This document shows, one piece after another, positions 26,259 to 35,719 of a DNA stretch of 44,710 bases (position 1 is the stretch's first letter; each line of letters begins with the position of its first letter). The translations under genes were made by a program, and so were the position numbers. A model generated the notes under the pieces. The model ran no database searches. It was not told the DNA's origin and saw only the letters and a program-made list of their open reading frames with translations. The stretch covers positions 1-44,710 of the IMG/VR virus record IMGVR_UViG_3300024254_000012; one strand, given 5' to 3'. The stretch is from a virus. Lineage: Duplodnaviria > Caudoviricetes.

Positions 26259-27324
26259 GCGCCTCCACCTTGCGCATGCGCTCGTTCAGCCGCGCCGTTG
26301 CCGCGAGCGCCGCAGACACGGCCTTGCTGACGTCGAAGCCGAGGCCCGCTCCGTCCGGCAACTTCACGACCAGCGCCGATCCGGCCTTCGACTTGGCGAG
26401 GTCCTGCGCCATGATGCCGGCGCGTGGGCCCGCACCGTACTTCGCCTCGTCCTTGTAGCGGTACGTCTTCGCGACGAGGCCGTTGAGCATCTCGTCGATG
26501 TCGTCGGCGCCGTCCGCGATGTCCGTCTTGAGGTTCTCATCCGACGCGGCGGCGCCGATCTGACCGGCGGTGCTGAGGAGCTGGCCGGCCATCCCCTGCT
26601 GTCCGAGCGTCGCCTGCATCGCGCCGGTCTGCGCCTGCAGCTGCTGAGAGTTCAGGCCGGTGAGCGCGCCGAGGTTCTGCCCGTACATGCTCGAGAGCGC
26701 GCCAAGGTTCTGCCCGTACTGGTTCTGCTGCAGCTGCGCGTTCGTCGTGCCGAGCCCGAGATCCTGCGATCGACCGGTCTGTAGCGCGCCCGTGAGCTGG
26801 CCCTGCGCGGCCTGTTGATCTTGGAGCGCGGCCTGCTGCGACTGACCGGCGCCCGAGAGCCCGATCCCGGCGCTGTTGTTCGCGGCGTTGCGCATCGCGA
26901 GCGCCGCGTTCTGGCCGCCGCGCGCCATCCGCGCCTGTGCCTGCTGCGCCGCGAGCGCGTTGCCGACCTGACGCTGCGCCGCGAGCTCGCCGGCGCCCTG
27001 CTGCTGTCCGCTGGCGATCCGCTGGAGCTGCTGCGCCTGCTGCATCTGCATCGCGCGAAACTGCGCTTGCTGCGACGGATCGACCTGCGCGGCCTGCTGT
27101 CCGAGCATGCCTTGGATCTGCTGACCGGGCTGCATGGGGTTACCCATCGCGGCGTTGATTGCCGCCTGTTGGGGATTCGCTACAGCGTAGTCGGCAGGGT
27201 TCGTCGACTTGCCGAGGCCGCCGAACATCACCGTCTTGAGGCTGCTGCTACCGAACGGGGTTCCGCCGCTCGCTCCGTTGACGAGCTGGAACGGGACCGA
27301 CGGGATGTAATCAGTCCACGACAT
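26251..27324 (-). CDS. Gln-rich pilot/ejection protein with a C-terminal peptidase S74-type autocleaving chaperone domain
   Basis: Q/A/G-rich body followed by SDENLKTDI...YRYK...GIMAQDL and a terminal coiled coil. Confidence 0.8.
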   Translation of the reverse strand: MSWTDYIPSVPFQLVNGASGGTPFGSSSLKTVMFGGLGKSTNPADYAVANPQQAAINAAMGNPMQPGQQIQGMLGQQAAQVDPSQQAQFRAMQMQQAQQLQRIASGQQQGAGELAAQRQVGNALAAQQAQARMARGGQNAALAMRNAANNSAGIGLSGAGQSQQAALQDQQAAQGQLTGALQTGRSQDLGLGTTNAQLQQNQYGQNLGALSSMYGQNLGALTGLNSQQLQAQTGAMQATLGQQGMAGQLLSTAGQIGAAASDENLKTDIADGADDIDEMLNGLVAKTYRYKDEAKYGAGPRAGIMAQDLAKSKAGSALVVKLPDGAGLGFDVSKAVSAALAATARLNERMRKVEARG

Positions 27325-27393
27325 GGCGAACGACCTGCTCGCGCTGGGGGCGCGTGTGCAGGATCGATTCGCTCATGCGGGATGTCGTCATCG

Positions 27394-30300
27394 TCATTGT
27401 GACCTCGCAGCTCCTGGAAGGAATCGCGGCCCGAGGACGCCGCCCACCAACAATAACTCACTCAGCTCGAACGATGCACCGAAGTCGCCGGCGAGCTCGA
27501 GATCCTCGATGCGGAACGAGATGGATTGGCAGCGCTGATTCAAATGGAAGGCCTCTTGGTACACCGTCGCCGACACGCCCACGATCCCGCCGTACGGACC
27601 GTCGCCGTAGTTGCCGTCGCCGTAGTTGTCCGGGGTGTAGACGCTGTTCACGTCCGCGTCGAGCGGCGCCGAGTACGCGGGCTCGTAGTCGAGCCGATAT
27701 CGAAGTCGCAGCGTGTGAGGCGTGAGATACGTGCCGAGCACCTGGGCGTAGAGGATGCGCTGCCAGCTTTGGAGGTAACCGACGAGCTTGATCCACGCGG
27801 TCTCGATCAACATCGGGATGTGCTGGCCCTCGCCGTCCGAGTACGAGCCCGGGGTCTCGGCGAACACCCGCCCGTCAGCGCGCAGGTAGTAGTACGTCCC
27901 CGCGACCACCACGGCGTCGTGGCCCTCGTGGTTCGAAAACTTCGACCACGCGTTTCGGTCGTAGTCGTAGAGCAGCGTCCAGCCACTGTCGGTCAGGAAC
28001 ACGACGTGCGGCCGATCGGGGAGCAGGGTCGACCGCGTGATCGTCTGGCTGTTGTAGGCGAACACCGGATCACCGATGCGGCGAACCGAGAGATCACGGC
28101 CCAGCAGGTAGATGCCCTTGTCGCTCTGGAATACGACGCCGAGCGGCATCTGGCAAACACTCGAGCGCGACTTGCATCCAACGTCGGAGGTCAGGAGCTG
28201 CGCCGGCGTGAACGCGTCGCTGGTTGTCGCGCCACCATCGGCGTCGGGCCCGGGGCCACCGAACGCATAGATCGCGGTCTCCTTGAACACCACGACGTTG
28301 TCGTCCATGAGCGCGATCGCCACGATGTCGCCCCCGAACGGGTCGAGCCGCTGTGACAGCAGTGGCGACATCTCGGCCGCGGTGTCGCTGTCGGCGAGCT
28401 GCTTGGAGTAGTTGACCAGATCACCGTCGAGCGGGTCGGTCCAGAACAGCCGGTACTTTCCGCCGGCGATGACCTCGCCGCCGCTCGCGATCGGATCGTT
28501 CGCGAGCACGCCGCCGTTCGTGTAGAGCGGCTCGAGCGTCTTGGCCGTTGCGTCGCTCATGTTGTCGGTGAACGAAACCGAGTCCACGGTCGGATCGTTG
28601 AGCAGGTAGCCGTTGGGGCTGCCGGCCGTCGTCGGATCGACGCTCGAGACACGAAAAAACTCGATCGCCTGTGGGTCGCCGGTCGCGTTGCCGAGCGAGC
28701 GGAACACGCTGACGCGTACGCGGCGCTTCGAGGTCAGCCGGTACGTCGGGATCGTGAGCACGACGGCGTCGTTGCTTCCGCTGAGCGTGATCATGGTGGC
28801 GACCGAGACCGCGCCGGGGTGGATCAACCCCTGGCCGTCGATCTCCTCGTAGACGAGCTTGTAGTTGTACGCGTTCGTCGTGGTGAGCCCGCCGCCGGTC
28901 GTCTGCGAGGTCTCGATCGTGCCACTCGTCGTATCGGGCGCGCAGTGGAAGTCCGACTCGGCCCACCGGTCGCCGTCGTAGTGCTGGATCAGGGCGCCGG
29001 ACAGATACGTCGCGCCGCCGAGCTCGGTGTAGCGATAGGCGTCGTCGTGATCGAAATCGAGCGTGAACGCTTGGATGCCGGCCTCGCCGAACTGCGTGCC
29101 GCTCGTGCCGCTGAGCTGGATGCGGTAGCCGAGCGCAAGCAGGTGCTGACGGGACGTCGGCCCACCGCCGAGCGGCACGCAAGCAGGGAGTTGTGCGCGC
29201 ACCGGTGCGCCGGTGCTGGCGCCGGGAAGTAGTCGCGCCTGGGCCCGCATCGATGCAGACAGCTGCACGATCGCGACGTACGGGAAGTACAGCACCGGGT
29301 GTGTGATCGCGCAGTAGACGTCGCCGGCGTCGTAGAACGCTCGCGAGCCGAGCACGTGTCCGCGCACGGAGGTGCTCGCGGTGACCGTTCCGCCCGTCGT
29401 CACCGAGCCCGACTGCACGAGATGCGCATCGAGCGTCGACCCGGTTCGCTCGACCGCCCACCACACCGTGGTCGTGCTCGAGAACTCGACCGTGAGGTTG
29501 ATCGGCACTGCGGCGGTGATGCCCGTCGACAACGTGCCGCTGTGGCCGGTCACGTCCGATAGGTTGGTACCGACGTGGAACTGATACCGCGCGTTGGTCG
29601 ACCCGACGCCGCCGGTGTAGCCGTACGCCACGATGATACCGGTGCCGCCGACGGGGCAGTACGAGCAGGCGATCGCGCCGACCGGATTCGTCGTTGCGAT
29701 CGTGCCGACGCTCGGCAGTCCCGTGATCGGTGATCCCAGCACGCCGCTCGCGTCGATGTACCCGAGCCGATAGCCGCCGTTGGTGGCGGAACCCCAGGCG
29801 ATCAGCGCTGGTCCACTCGCGTACGCCAGCGTGAACGTCGGGCAGACGTCGTAGCTCGTCGAGACGTCCGACGTCAGCAGCATCGGCGCGCTTGCCGACT
29901 CGGGTGCCGCCGGATTGACGATCGATAGCCACAGCAGGTTGCCGTTCAGCCACAGCACGTGCAGCACGTTGCCGACCGCGACCACGCGCGGAAACTGGCC
30001 GCTGGCATCGAGCTGCGTGGGTACGAGCAGGATGCGCTGGCTCACCTGCTCGATCACCGAGCACCAGACACCGCCGCGCGAGTCCTCCCACGCCACGACC
30101 TCGATGCCGCCGTTGATAGCGACGTCGGCGACGGTCTGCGCCGTTCCCGTGCGAGCCACCGGCGACCCTGTCGCGACGACGGAGCTGACGGCGCCCTGGT
30201 CGTCCCAGGTGTCCGAGCTCGGCCGGTAGCTGTAGCCGTGGGCGTTCGCGAATAGCATGAGCTCGGTGCCGCGCTTCGCGATGCCCATCGGATTTGCGTA

Positions 30301-30489
30301 CGGTGTTCCGACGCCGTCGACGAGCTTGCCGAGAGCGCGGTAGCCGTTGCGTTTGGAGAGCGTCGAGTTCTTCGTGAACACGCAGTTCTGCAGGTCGAGC
30401 AGCTTCGTGACCGCGACCTGCTTCGCATCGGTCTTCGTGTCCACGCCCTCGGCGAATTGGATCGCCAGCGGCATCTTCTGCAGCGCCAT
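27394..30489 (-). CDS. Tail nozzle / tubular protein B-like (P22 gp10 / T7 gp12 analogue)
   Basis: 1031 aa, beta-rich; LQNCVF...LSKRNG, NVVVFKETAIY, SDVGC, GVVFQSDKGIYLL, LYDY...WS, IETAWI. Confidence 0.8.
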   Translation of the reverse strand: MALQKMPLAIQFAEGVDTKTDAKQVAVTKLLDLQNCVFTKNSTLSKRNGYRALGKLVDGVGTPYANPMGIAKRGTELMLFANAHGYSYRPSSDTWDDQGAVSSVVATGSPVARTGTAQTVADVAINGGIEVVAWEDSRGGVWCSVIEQVSQRILLVPTQLDASGQFPRVVAVGNVLHVLWLNGNLLWLSIVNPAAPESASAPMLLTSDVSTSYDVCPTFTLAYASGPALIAWGSATNGGYRLGYIDASGVLGSPITGLPSVGTIATTNPVGAIACSYCPVGGTGIIVAYGYTGGVGSTNARYQFHVGTNLSDVTGHSGTLSTGITAAVPINLTVEFSSTTTVWWAVERTGSTLDAHLVQSGSVTTGGTVTASTSVRGHVLGSRAFYDAGDVYCAITHPVLYFPYVAIVQLSASMRAQARLLPGASTGAPVRAQLPACVPLGGGPTSRQHLLALGYRIQLSGTSGTQFGEAGIQAFTLDFDHDDAYRYTELGGATYLSGALIQHYDGDRWAESDFHCAPDTTSGTIETSQTTGGGLTTTNAYNYKLVYEEIDGQGLIHPGAVSVATMITLSGSNDAVVLTIPTYRLTSKRRVRVSVFRSLGNATGDPQAIEFFRVSSVDPTTAGSPNGYLLNDPTVDSVSFTDNMSDATAKTLEPLYTNGGVLANDPIASGGEVIAGGKYRLFWTDPLDGDLVNYSKQLADSDTAAEMSPLLSQRLDPFGGDIVAIALMDDNVVVFKETAIYAFGGPGPDADGGATTSDAFTPAQLLTSDVGCKSRSSVCQMPLGVVFQSDKGIYLLGRDLSVRRIGDPVFAYNSQTITRSTLLPDRPHVVFLTDSGWTLLYDYDRNAWSKFSNHEGHDAVVVAGTYYYLRADGRVFAETPGSYSDGEGQHIPMLIETAWIKLVGYLQSWQRILYAQVLGTYLTPHTLRLRYRLDYEPAYSAPLDADVNSVYTPDNYGDGNYGDGPYGGIVGVSATVYQEAFHLNQRCQSISFRIEDLELAGDFGASFELSELLLVGGVLGPRFLPGAARSQ

Positions 30490-31583
30490 TACGGCACATC
30501 CGTGCTGACATCACCCCAGACCACCGAGGTGGCGCCGCTGCCATCGGTCGTCACCTTCAGCCACAGCGTTCCGGTGAGGACCGTCGGCGATGTGGGACCG
30601 AAGAGCAGGCTCGTGGCGTTGCTCGCCGTCGACGACCCCGCGAGCTCTGAGAACACGCCGGCGCTGCTCTGCTGAGCGAGCGCGTAGGTGGGCGTGCCGG
30701 AGATCGCGTGCATGACGAGCCCGACGCTGATGAGACGCTCGTTGTCGAACATTTCGCACAACGGGAAGTAGCAGACGGTCGAGTTCGGCACGTTCGCGCC
30801 GGCGGTACCACCGGTCGTCGAGACGGTTCCGGAGGTCACGTTCGCGAGCGCGCCGATGACCGGGCAGCGCCGCGAGAACGCGCCACGCTGCACGTAGCCG
30901 GTGCCCGAGAGCACAAGGTTGCAGTTCGCTGGCAGCGGCACCGACGCCTGCGGCACCGAGAGCACGCCGCCCGTGCTCATCATGACAACCGAGGCCGCGG
31001 CGGGCACCGCAGCTGGGAACGTCACCGAATAGCTCGCACCGAGCGCACTCGGGCTCTTGAGCGTCACCTTGTTCGTGATGCTCGCGGCCTTCTGGTACAG
31101 GTCGATGTCCGCGGTCGCTAGCCCCGACCAGGGCCGCGGCGAACCCTCGGACTGAAGCAGGTAGCGCTTGGTCGCGTCGTCGAACGACAGGAGCGCGCCG
31201 ACCGACGAGTAATCGCCGCCGATGCCGCCGACGATCGCCACGTTGAGCGTCGCCCCTGCCGTGATCTGCACGTTCGTGCCGCTCGCGTTGCGGAAGTAGA
31301 GGTTGTGGTCTGCGCTGTTGACGAAGATCGCATCGCTGTACGCGGCCACCGCGGCCGCGGCGACCTCGGCGAACGTGAACGCCTTGGCGCCGGTGACCGA
31401 GAACCCCTGCCACGGAACGTCGGCGTTGATGTTGAGCGCGCCGCTGACGATCGGCACGCCCGAGCCGGTGAGGTGCGTGTGGCCATCGATCCGGCCGAAG
31501 ATCGTGTCCAAAATGACGTCCCAAACGCCAGGACTCGCCCCATCCGTCGGAAGGACGAGCGCCATATTGGGAGTCGTGGTCAT
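30489..31583 (-). CDS. Tail fibre-like virion protein
   Basis: MTTTPNMALVLP...W......IDGHTH..GSG, an N-terminus typical of fibre attachment regions; GGAG RBS. Confidence 0.65.
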   Translation of the reverse strand: MTTTPNMALVLPTDGASPGVWDVILDTIFGRIDGHTHLTGSGVPIVSGALNINADVPWQGFSVTGAKAFTFAEVAAAAVAAYSDAIFVNSADHNLYFRNASGTNVQITAGATLNVAIVGGIGGDYSSVGALLSFDDATKRYLLQSEGSPRPWSGLATADIDLYQKAASITNKVTLKSPSALGASYSVTFPAAVPAAASVVMMSTGGVLSVPQASVPLPANCNLVLSGTGYVQRGAFSRRCPVIGALANVTSGTVSTTGGTAGANVPNSTVCYFPLCEMFDNERLISVGLVMHAISGTPTYALAQQSSAGVFSELAGSSTASNATSLLFGPTSPTVLTGTLWLKVTTDGSGATSVVWGDVSTDVP

Positions 31584-31585
31584 GG

Positions 31586-31930
31586 CTAGGCGAACTCCAG
31601 CGTCGCGTTGGTCTGGGTAGTGCCGACGGTGGTGATCGTTGCCTGCTTGTCGTCCGCGGCCGTCAGCGCCCACGCGAACGACGCGTCAGCAACGGTCGGC
31701 GTGACCGTGCACGCGGTCGGGACGCGCCCGAGCCCGTGGTTGACGACGTTGTCGCCCGCGACGAGCGTGGCCGTCGCCTTCGACCTCGCGCGCTGGTTGC
31801 GCTCGAGCTGGTCAATACCCGCCGCGAGACGCTGATGCGACTGCGCGATGGCGGCCGGATCGCCGTCGACGAGGCTGGACGTCAGCATCGTGTTGCGCAC
31901 CGGCGCGGGCTTTCCACGACGAACCGCCAT
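31586..31930 (-). CDS. Small virion protein
   Basis: VVNHGLGRVP motif common in small tail proteins; coupled to the adaptor gene. Confidence 0.65.
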   Translation of the reverse strand: MAVRRGKPAPVRNTMLTSSLVDGDPAAIAQSHQRLAAGIDQLERNQRARSKATATLVAGDNVVNHGLGRVPTACTVTPTVADASFAWALTAADDKQATITTVGTTQTNATLEFA

Positions 31931-32610
31931 CAGTAGTCGTCCTCGTAGGGGTCATCGCCGGTGCGGCGTCCGAGGTAGAACGGCTCGCCGGCGTCATGGT
32001 CGCCGGCGGTGCGCAGTTGACCGGCGAGCTGCAAGATCTTCGCTTCGATCTCCTGCGTCGGCAGGTCCTGTCGCTGATACGCATCGCGCAGCGCAATGTG
32101 CAGCACGAGCTTCTGCTCGACCGGCGTATCGAACGTCACGACGTCGGTGTCGTTCGTCAGCTGTGGCGCCTGCGGGATGTAGAACACGCGCAGCGTCTCG
32201 ACGGCTTGCGGAACCGGAACGAGCGTGACCTGCGCGAGCGAGAGCCGGTACTTGTAGCGCTTGGCCGTGAGGATGTACTCGCGATGCGTGTCGTCGACCG
32301 CGATCGGATAGAGCCGGCCCCACCGCGCCTGCGGATCGGTCGCGACACCCGAGATCAAGATCTCGACCTTGCGCAGCTTGTAGAAGTCGGCCGGAAGCAC
32401 GTACGCCGCCGTGCCGGCCACCGTCACGAACGTCGGCGAGACGATGGTGTAGTAGTCGTCCCAGCGTTCGACGATGATGTTGTAGCTCTCCTCGAGAGCG
32501 TCGTTGAGGAGCTCGTTGGCGACCGCCGGCGTGATGTCGCCCGACCTCTCGTAGCCGCCGCGGACGAGGAACGACGTACGCAGCTGCAGGAGCGTGCGGA
32601 CGTAGCTCAC
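31930..32610 (-). CDS. Head-tail adaptor (tail tubular protein A-like)
   Basis: MSYVRTLLQLR...ELLNDAL, YVLPADFYKLRKV, LVPVP....LRVFYIP; positioned before the nozzle. Confidence 0.8.
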   Translation of the reverse strand: MSYVRTLLQLRTSFLVRGGYERSGDITPAVANELLNDALEESYNIIVERWDDYYTIVSPTFVTVAGTAAYVLPADFYKLRKVEILISGVATDPQARWGRLYPIAVDDTHREYILTAKRYKYRLSLAQVTLVPVPQAVETLRVFYIPQAPQLTNDTDVVTFDTPVEQKLVLHIALRDAYQRQDLPTQEIEAKILQLAGQLRTAGDHDAGEPFYLGRRTGDDPYEDDY

Positions 32611-33086
32611 GCGGGCCCTATCTCGGCGTTGACGAGGTCGGGCCGCATGACGACAAGAAGCGCGGTGCGCAGGTTCTCGGGCGTCAACTCGGTCGGCAGA
32701 CCGTCCCGAATGCACTTGTCCTGATCGGGGTTGGCGTGCGGATCGATCGGCCGCGTCGTGAGGTCGCCGATTGTCACGAGCTCGAGCAGCTCGTGCATCA
32801 GGTAGCCGGTCCATGCCGCGGCGACCCACATGCGCGCGAGGCGCATGCCTGGGAAGTAATGCAGCCGGACGGTAGAAACGTTGAGCGGCCGCATCTCGCG
32901 ATCTGGGTTCGTCGTGTCGTGCGCGACGTCCAGGCGAAAGAGCAGCCGCGGTGGAGTGTCGGCCGAAAGCTCGAGCTCGACCGTGCTCCGCGGATCGGGG
33001 TGTCGGATGATCAGATCGCGCAACGCGCCCTCCCACTTGGCAGCGAGAGGGCACGTCGCGAGATCGCCTTTCACCGACAGCCGCAT
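32607..33086 (-). CDS. Hypothetical protein with an HExxE...DPH motif
   Basis: MHELLELVTIG...PIDPH; coupled to the adaptor by GTGA. Confidence 0.65.
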   Translation of the reverse strand: MRLSVKGDLATCPLAAKWEGALRDLIIRHPDPRSTVELELSADTPPRLLFRLDVAHDTTNPDREMRPLNVSTVRLHYFPGMRLARMWVAAAWTGYLMHELLELVTIGDLTTRPIDPHANPDQDKCIRDGLPTELTPENLRTALLVVMRPDLVNAEIGPA

Positions 33087-33090
33087 GGGA

Positions 33091-33522
33091 TCAGGGCTTC
33101 GTGGTGTCGTAGCCCTTCAGCGAGATCACGATCAGGTCGTTCACGCCTGGATCGGTCAGTGTCCCGGCCGGGGTGTAGATCCGCAACGTAACCACGCGAG
33201 TCGCGGGCACGATGCTCGAGATGATCGCGTAGAGCGCTGTGGTCGGTGAACCACCGCCGCTCATCACCGTCACTCCAACGGGCACAACGCTCGCCAACTG
33301 GTGGGCGTACGTGACCGTGATGATCCCGGTGCTGGAGTGCGTCGGTGCTCCGGCCGTAGACTTGTCGACCCCGTTCGCGCCGAGAGGGAACGTCGACACC
33401 GCCGCGGACACGGGTCCATCGGCAGGAATCGTGGGCGCGCTCGACGTGTTCCCAAGCACCGCCACGTCGAAGAAGACGGTGCTGTGTGGGATCGCCTTGG
33501 CTGGATTGGCTCCTCGGTTCAT
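33091..33522 (-). CDS. Small virion structural protein
   Basis: AAGGAG RBS; beta-rich sequence (STGIITVTY). Confidence 0.7.
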   Translation of the reverse strand: MNRGANPAKAIPHSTVFFDVAVLGNTSSAPTIPADGPVSAAVSTFPLGANGVDKSTAGAPTHSSTGIITVTYAHQLASVVPVGVTVMSGGGSPTTALYAIISSIVPATRVVTLRIYTPAGTLTDPGVNDLIVISLKGYDTTKP

Positions 33523-33530
33523 GTGGCTCC

Positions 33531-34322
33531 TTACGAGAGCGTCGCGGTTCCGGACCCCGCGGTGAAGACCACCGCCTGCCACGCCGCCCCGCCGTCCCAG
33601 AACAGGTCGAGCGTGGTCGTGGTGTCGGTGATGTTGGCGTACGACGTCGCTGCAGCGCCGGCCGCGGTCTTGTAGGCACCGGCGAGATCACCGACCGGCA
33701 GAATGGCCGCGGTGGTCACGTCGATGTGGAGCTGCTGCCCCGGGAACCGCCCGTTGGGCAGCGCGTGGGTCAGCGTGCCGTGAACCGTGCCGGTGACCGA
33801 AAGGTCCCATGCGCGGTTCATGACCATCCCGGTCGTGGTCGTAGTTCCCACGACGACCGTGGTGCGTCCTGCCGGTGTCAACCGGACGATGTGCCAGGCC
33901 GAACCGGTCCACTGGAGGTGGAGCCGTTGCCCCTTCGCGTTGAACACGAACGTGGCGTTGACGCCCCCACCGGCCGTATCCATGGTCGCGACCGTCAACG
34001 TCCCGATGGGCGTTGATGCGGCCGTGATCTCCTCGAAGATGTGCTCCTGCCCGGTCACGGTGCCGTCGGCGAGCGAGTACGCCTTCGTCCCCGTCGTGGA
34101 CAGTTGGGTGAAGAGCGTGGTCAGCGTTGCGGCCCCGCTCGTGATGATCTCGACCGGCGTGCCGGTGCTGGGCGCGCCGATGGTGTCGAGCGCCGCAGCG
34201 TGCTCGTTGAGGTTGGCGATCGTCTGCGTGATGAACGCATTGTTCGGATCACTGACGATGGCCACCGGCGGCGTGCTCGCCTGCGGCTTGAAGATGTTCG
34301 TATCGATCGTTGCGCGGGTCAC
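33531..34322 (-). CDS. Head decoration / head-fibre-like protein
   Basis: GTG overlaps the capsid stop. Thr-rich, with two similar modules (LADGTVTGQ...LQWTGSAW and LPNGRFPGQ...LFWDGGAAW). Confidence 0.65.
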   Translation of the reverse strand: MTRATIDTNIFKPQASTPPVAIVSDPNNAFITQTIANLNEHAAALDTIGAPSTGTPVEIITSGAATLTTLFTQLSTTGTKAYSLADGTVTGQEHIFEEITAASTPIGTLTVATMDTAGGGVNATFVFNAKGQRLHLQWTGSAWHIVRLTPAGRTTVVVGTTTTTGMVMNRAWDLSVTGTVHGTLTHALPNGRFPGQQLHIDVTTAAILPVGDLAGAYKTAAGAAATSYANITDTTTTLDLFWDGGAAWQAVVFTAGSGTATLS

Positions 34323-35565
34323 GGCAGGATCCCCACGACGTTCCAGCCCGGGCCCTTGTTGGACACGTTGGCGTACTCGCCGATGCGCGCCTCGATGGCG
34401 TCGGCGTTCTCCGAGACCTTCAGGATCGACCCGGTTCGCTTCTGCAGGAACATCGGCGCGGTGCCGGCCGAGAACAGCGTCCACGTGTCGAGCTGGAGCC
34501 CGTACGTGTGCTTCTGCGGGCAGACGCGGTCGGTGACGATGGTGACGTCGCGCCCGTTGAGCGAGACGTTCCAGCCCTTGTAGCCGACCTCGGCGTCGCC
34601 GTCGTAGTCTTGGGCCTTGATGATGACCCACTTGCCTTCGAGCTGCTTCGTCAGGTCCGCCGTCGCCAGCGGGTGCATGACGATCACGTCGAGCATGGCG
34701 CCGAACTGATCGGCCTTCGCCATCATGTCGATCAGGACCTCGTGGACGGGCGCGCCCGAATTCGAGGCGTCGACGCGGAGGCCGCCGAGCATCTCGGGCT
34801 CGATCGAGCGGTCCTGGCCGTAAAACGTGGTCGCGCCGGGCGCCGCATCGGGCACCCAGTCGCTGAACCCGGAGATCGCCGCGCCGAAGTCGCCGGCGAG
34901 GACAGGTAGTCGTTCTGGGCGATCGTCGTGATTCCCGTCGACAGGTTCGCGGTGAACGTGATCGTACCCGCCGAGCGCTGGACGCTCGCGACCGTGAGAG
35001 ACCCGGTCTCGAGCGAACCGCTCGTGCCATCGGTCGTCGCTGCCTTCGCGACGTCGCCCTTGACCCACGCCCACGCGTCGGACGGATCCTTGAGCGTCGC
35101 GACCGTGGTCGCGAGGTTCGAGTTGGTGATCTGGCCCGCCGCGCCGCCGCTGTTGCGGAACAGGCGGAAGTTGAGGTAGTTCGCTTCGGCCTCGATGCCG
35201 CGATCGAGCTCGTCGATCATGTCCTCGAACGCGTCCTCGGCGCCGGTCTCGGTCGCCTCGAGAAGCTCGGTCTGCATCTTCGCGAGCCGGTAGTGGCTCT
35301 TGCGCGTGACCGTGAACACGCCGAAACCGGACGCGTTGTTGGTCGCCGCCATCGCGGTGCCGAAGTCAGACGAACCACCGCCCGGATACGAGATCCGGAT
35401 CGGCTGCGTCCATGAACGACCGCCGCCGGTCGTGGTGGTGCGCTTGTTCTTCTTGCTCAGCAGCCCGAACGTGGTGTTCTGCTGCGACGCGAGGTTGAGG
35501 AGGGGACCGGCCGCGTAGTGCTGCTTGAGCACTGCGTCGGCAGTTGTCAGGGTATCGCCAGCCAT
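34319..35565 (-). CDS. Major capsid protein (about 415 aa; one base missing near 34903 splits it into two ORFs)
   Basis: Follows the scaffold and has an AAGGA RBS. ORF 34732-35565 (…AQNDYL) joins ORF 34319-35074 (VLAGDFGAAISG…). The span is 1247 nt, one short of a multiple of 3. Confidence 0.85.
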
Positions 35566-35713
35566 GGTGAACGGATTCCTTGTCGTCTTTCGACGACGAT
35601 TCAGAGGGACGTACGGAACGTCGCGTCTGAGTGCGGAACCGCTACCTGGGCGGATCGACCTGGTGCGCTCTTAGCTTGACAATCACGCTATTCGATTGGC
35701 GGCGTGAACGCAA
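35566..35713 (-). promoter_or_regulatory. Capsid promoter and structured 5' leader
   Basis: TTGCGT (35713-35708)-N17-TAGCGT (35690-35685). Hairpins at 35601-35630 and GTCGTC-GAAA-GACGAC (35582-35597) sit next to the RBS. Confidence 0.55.
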
Positions 35714-35719
35714 GCGGGT

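Noticed and set aside
34890-34920. Programmed ribosomal frameshift in the capsid gene
   Set aside because: There is no slippery heptamer, the unshifted product would lack the essential C-terminal half, and three similar one-base deletions occur elsewhere.
35676-35704. Plus-strand promoter from a perfect TTGACA
   Set aside because: No -10 element at 16-18 bp spacing and no credible plus-strand gene downstream.
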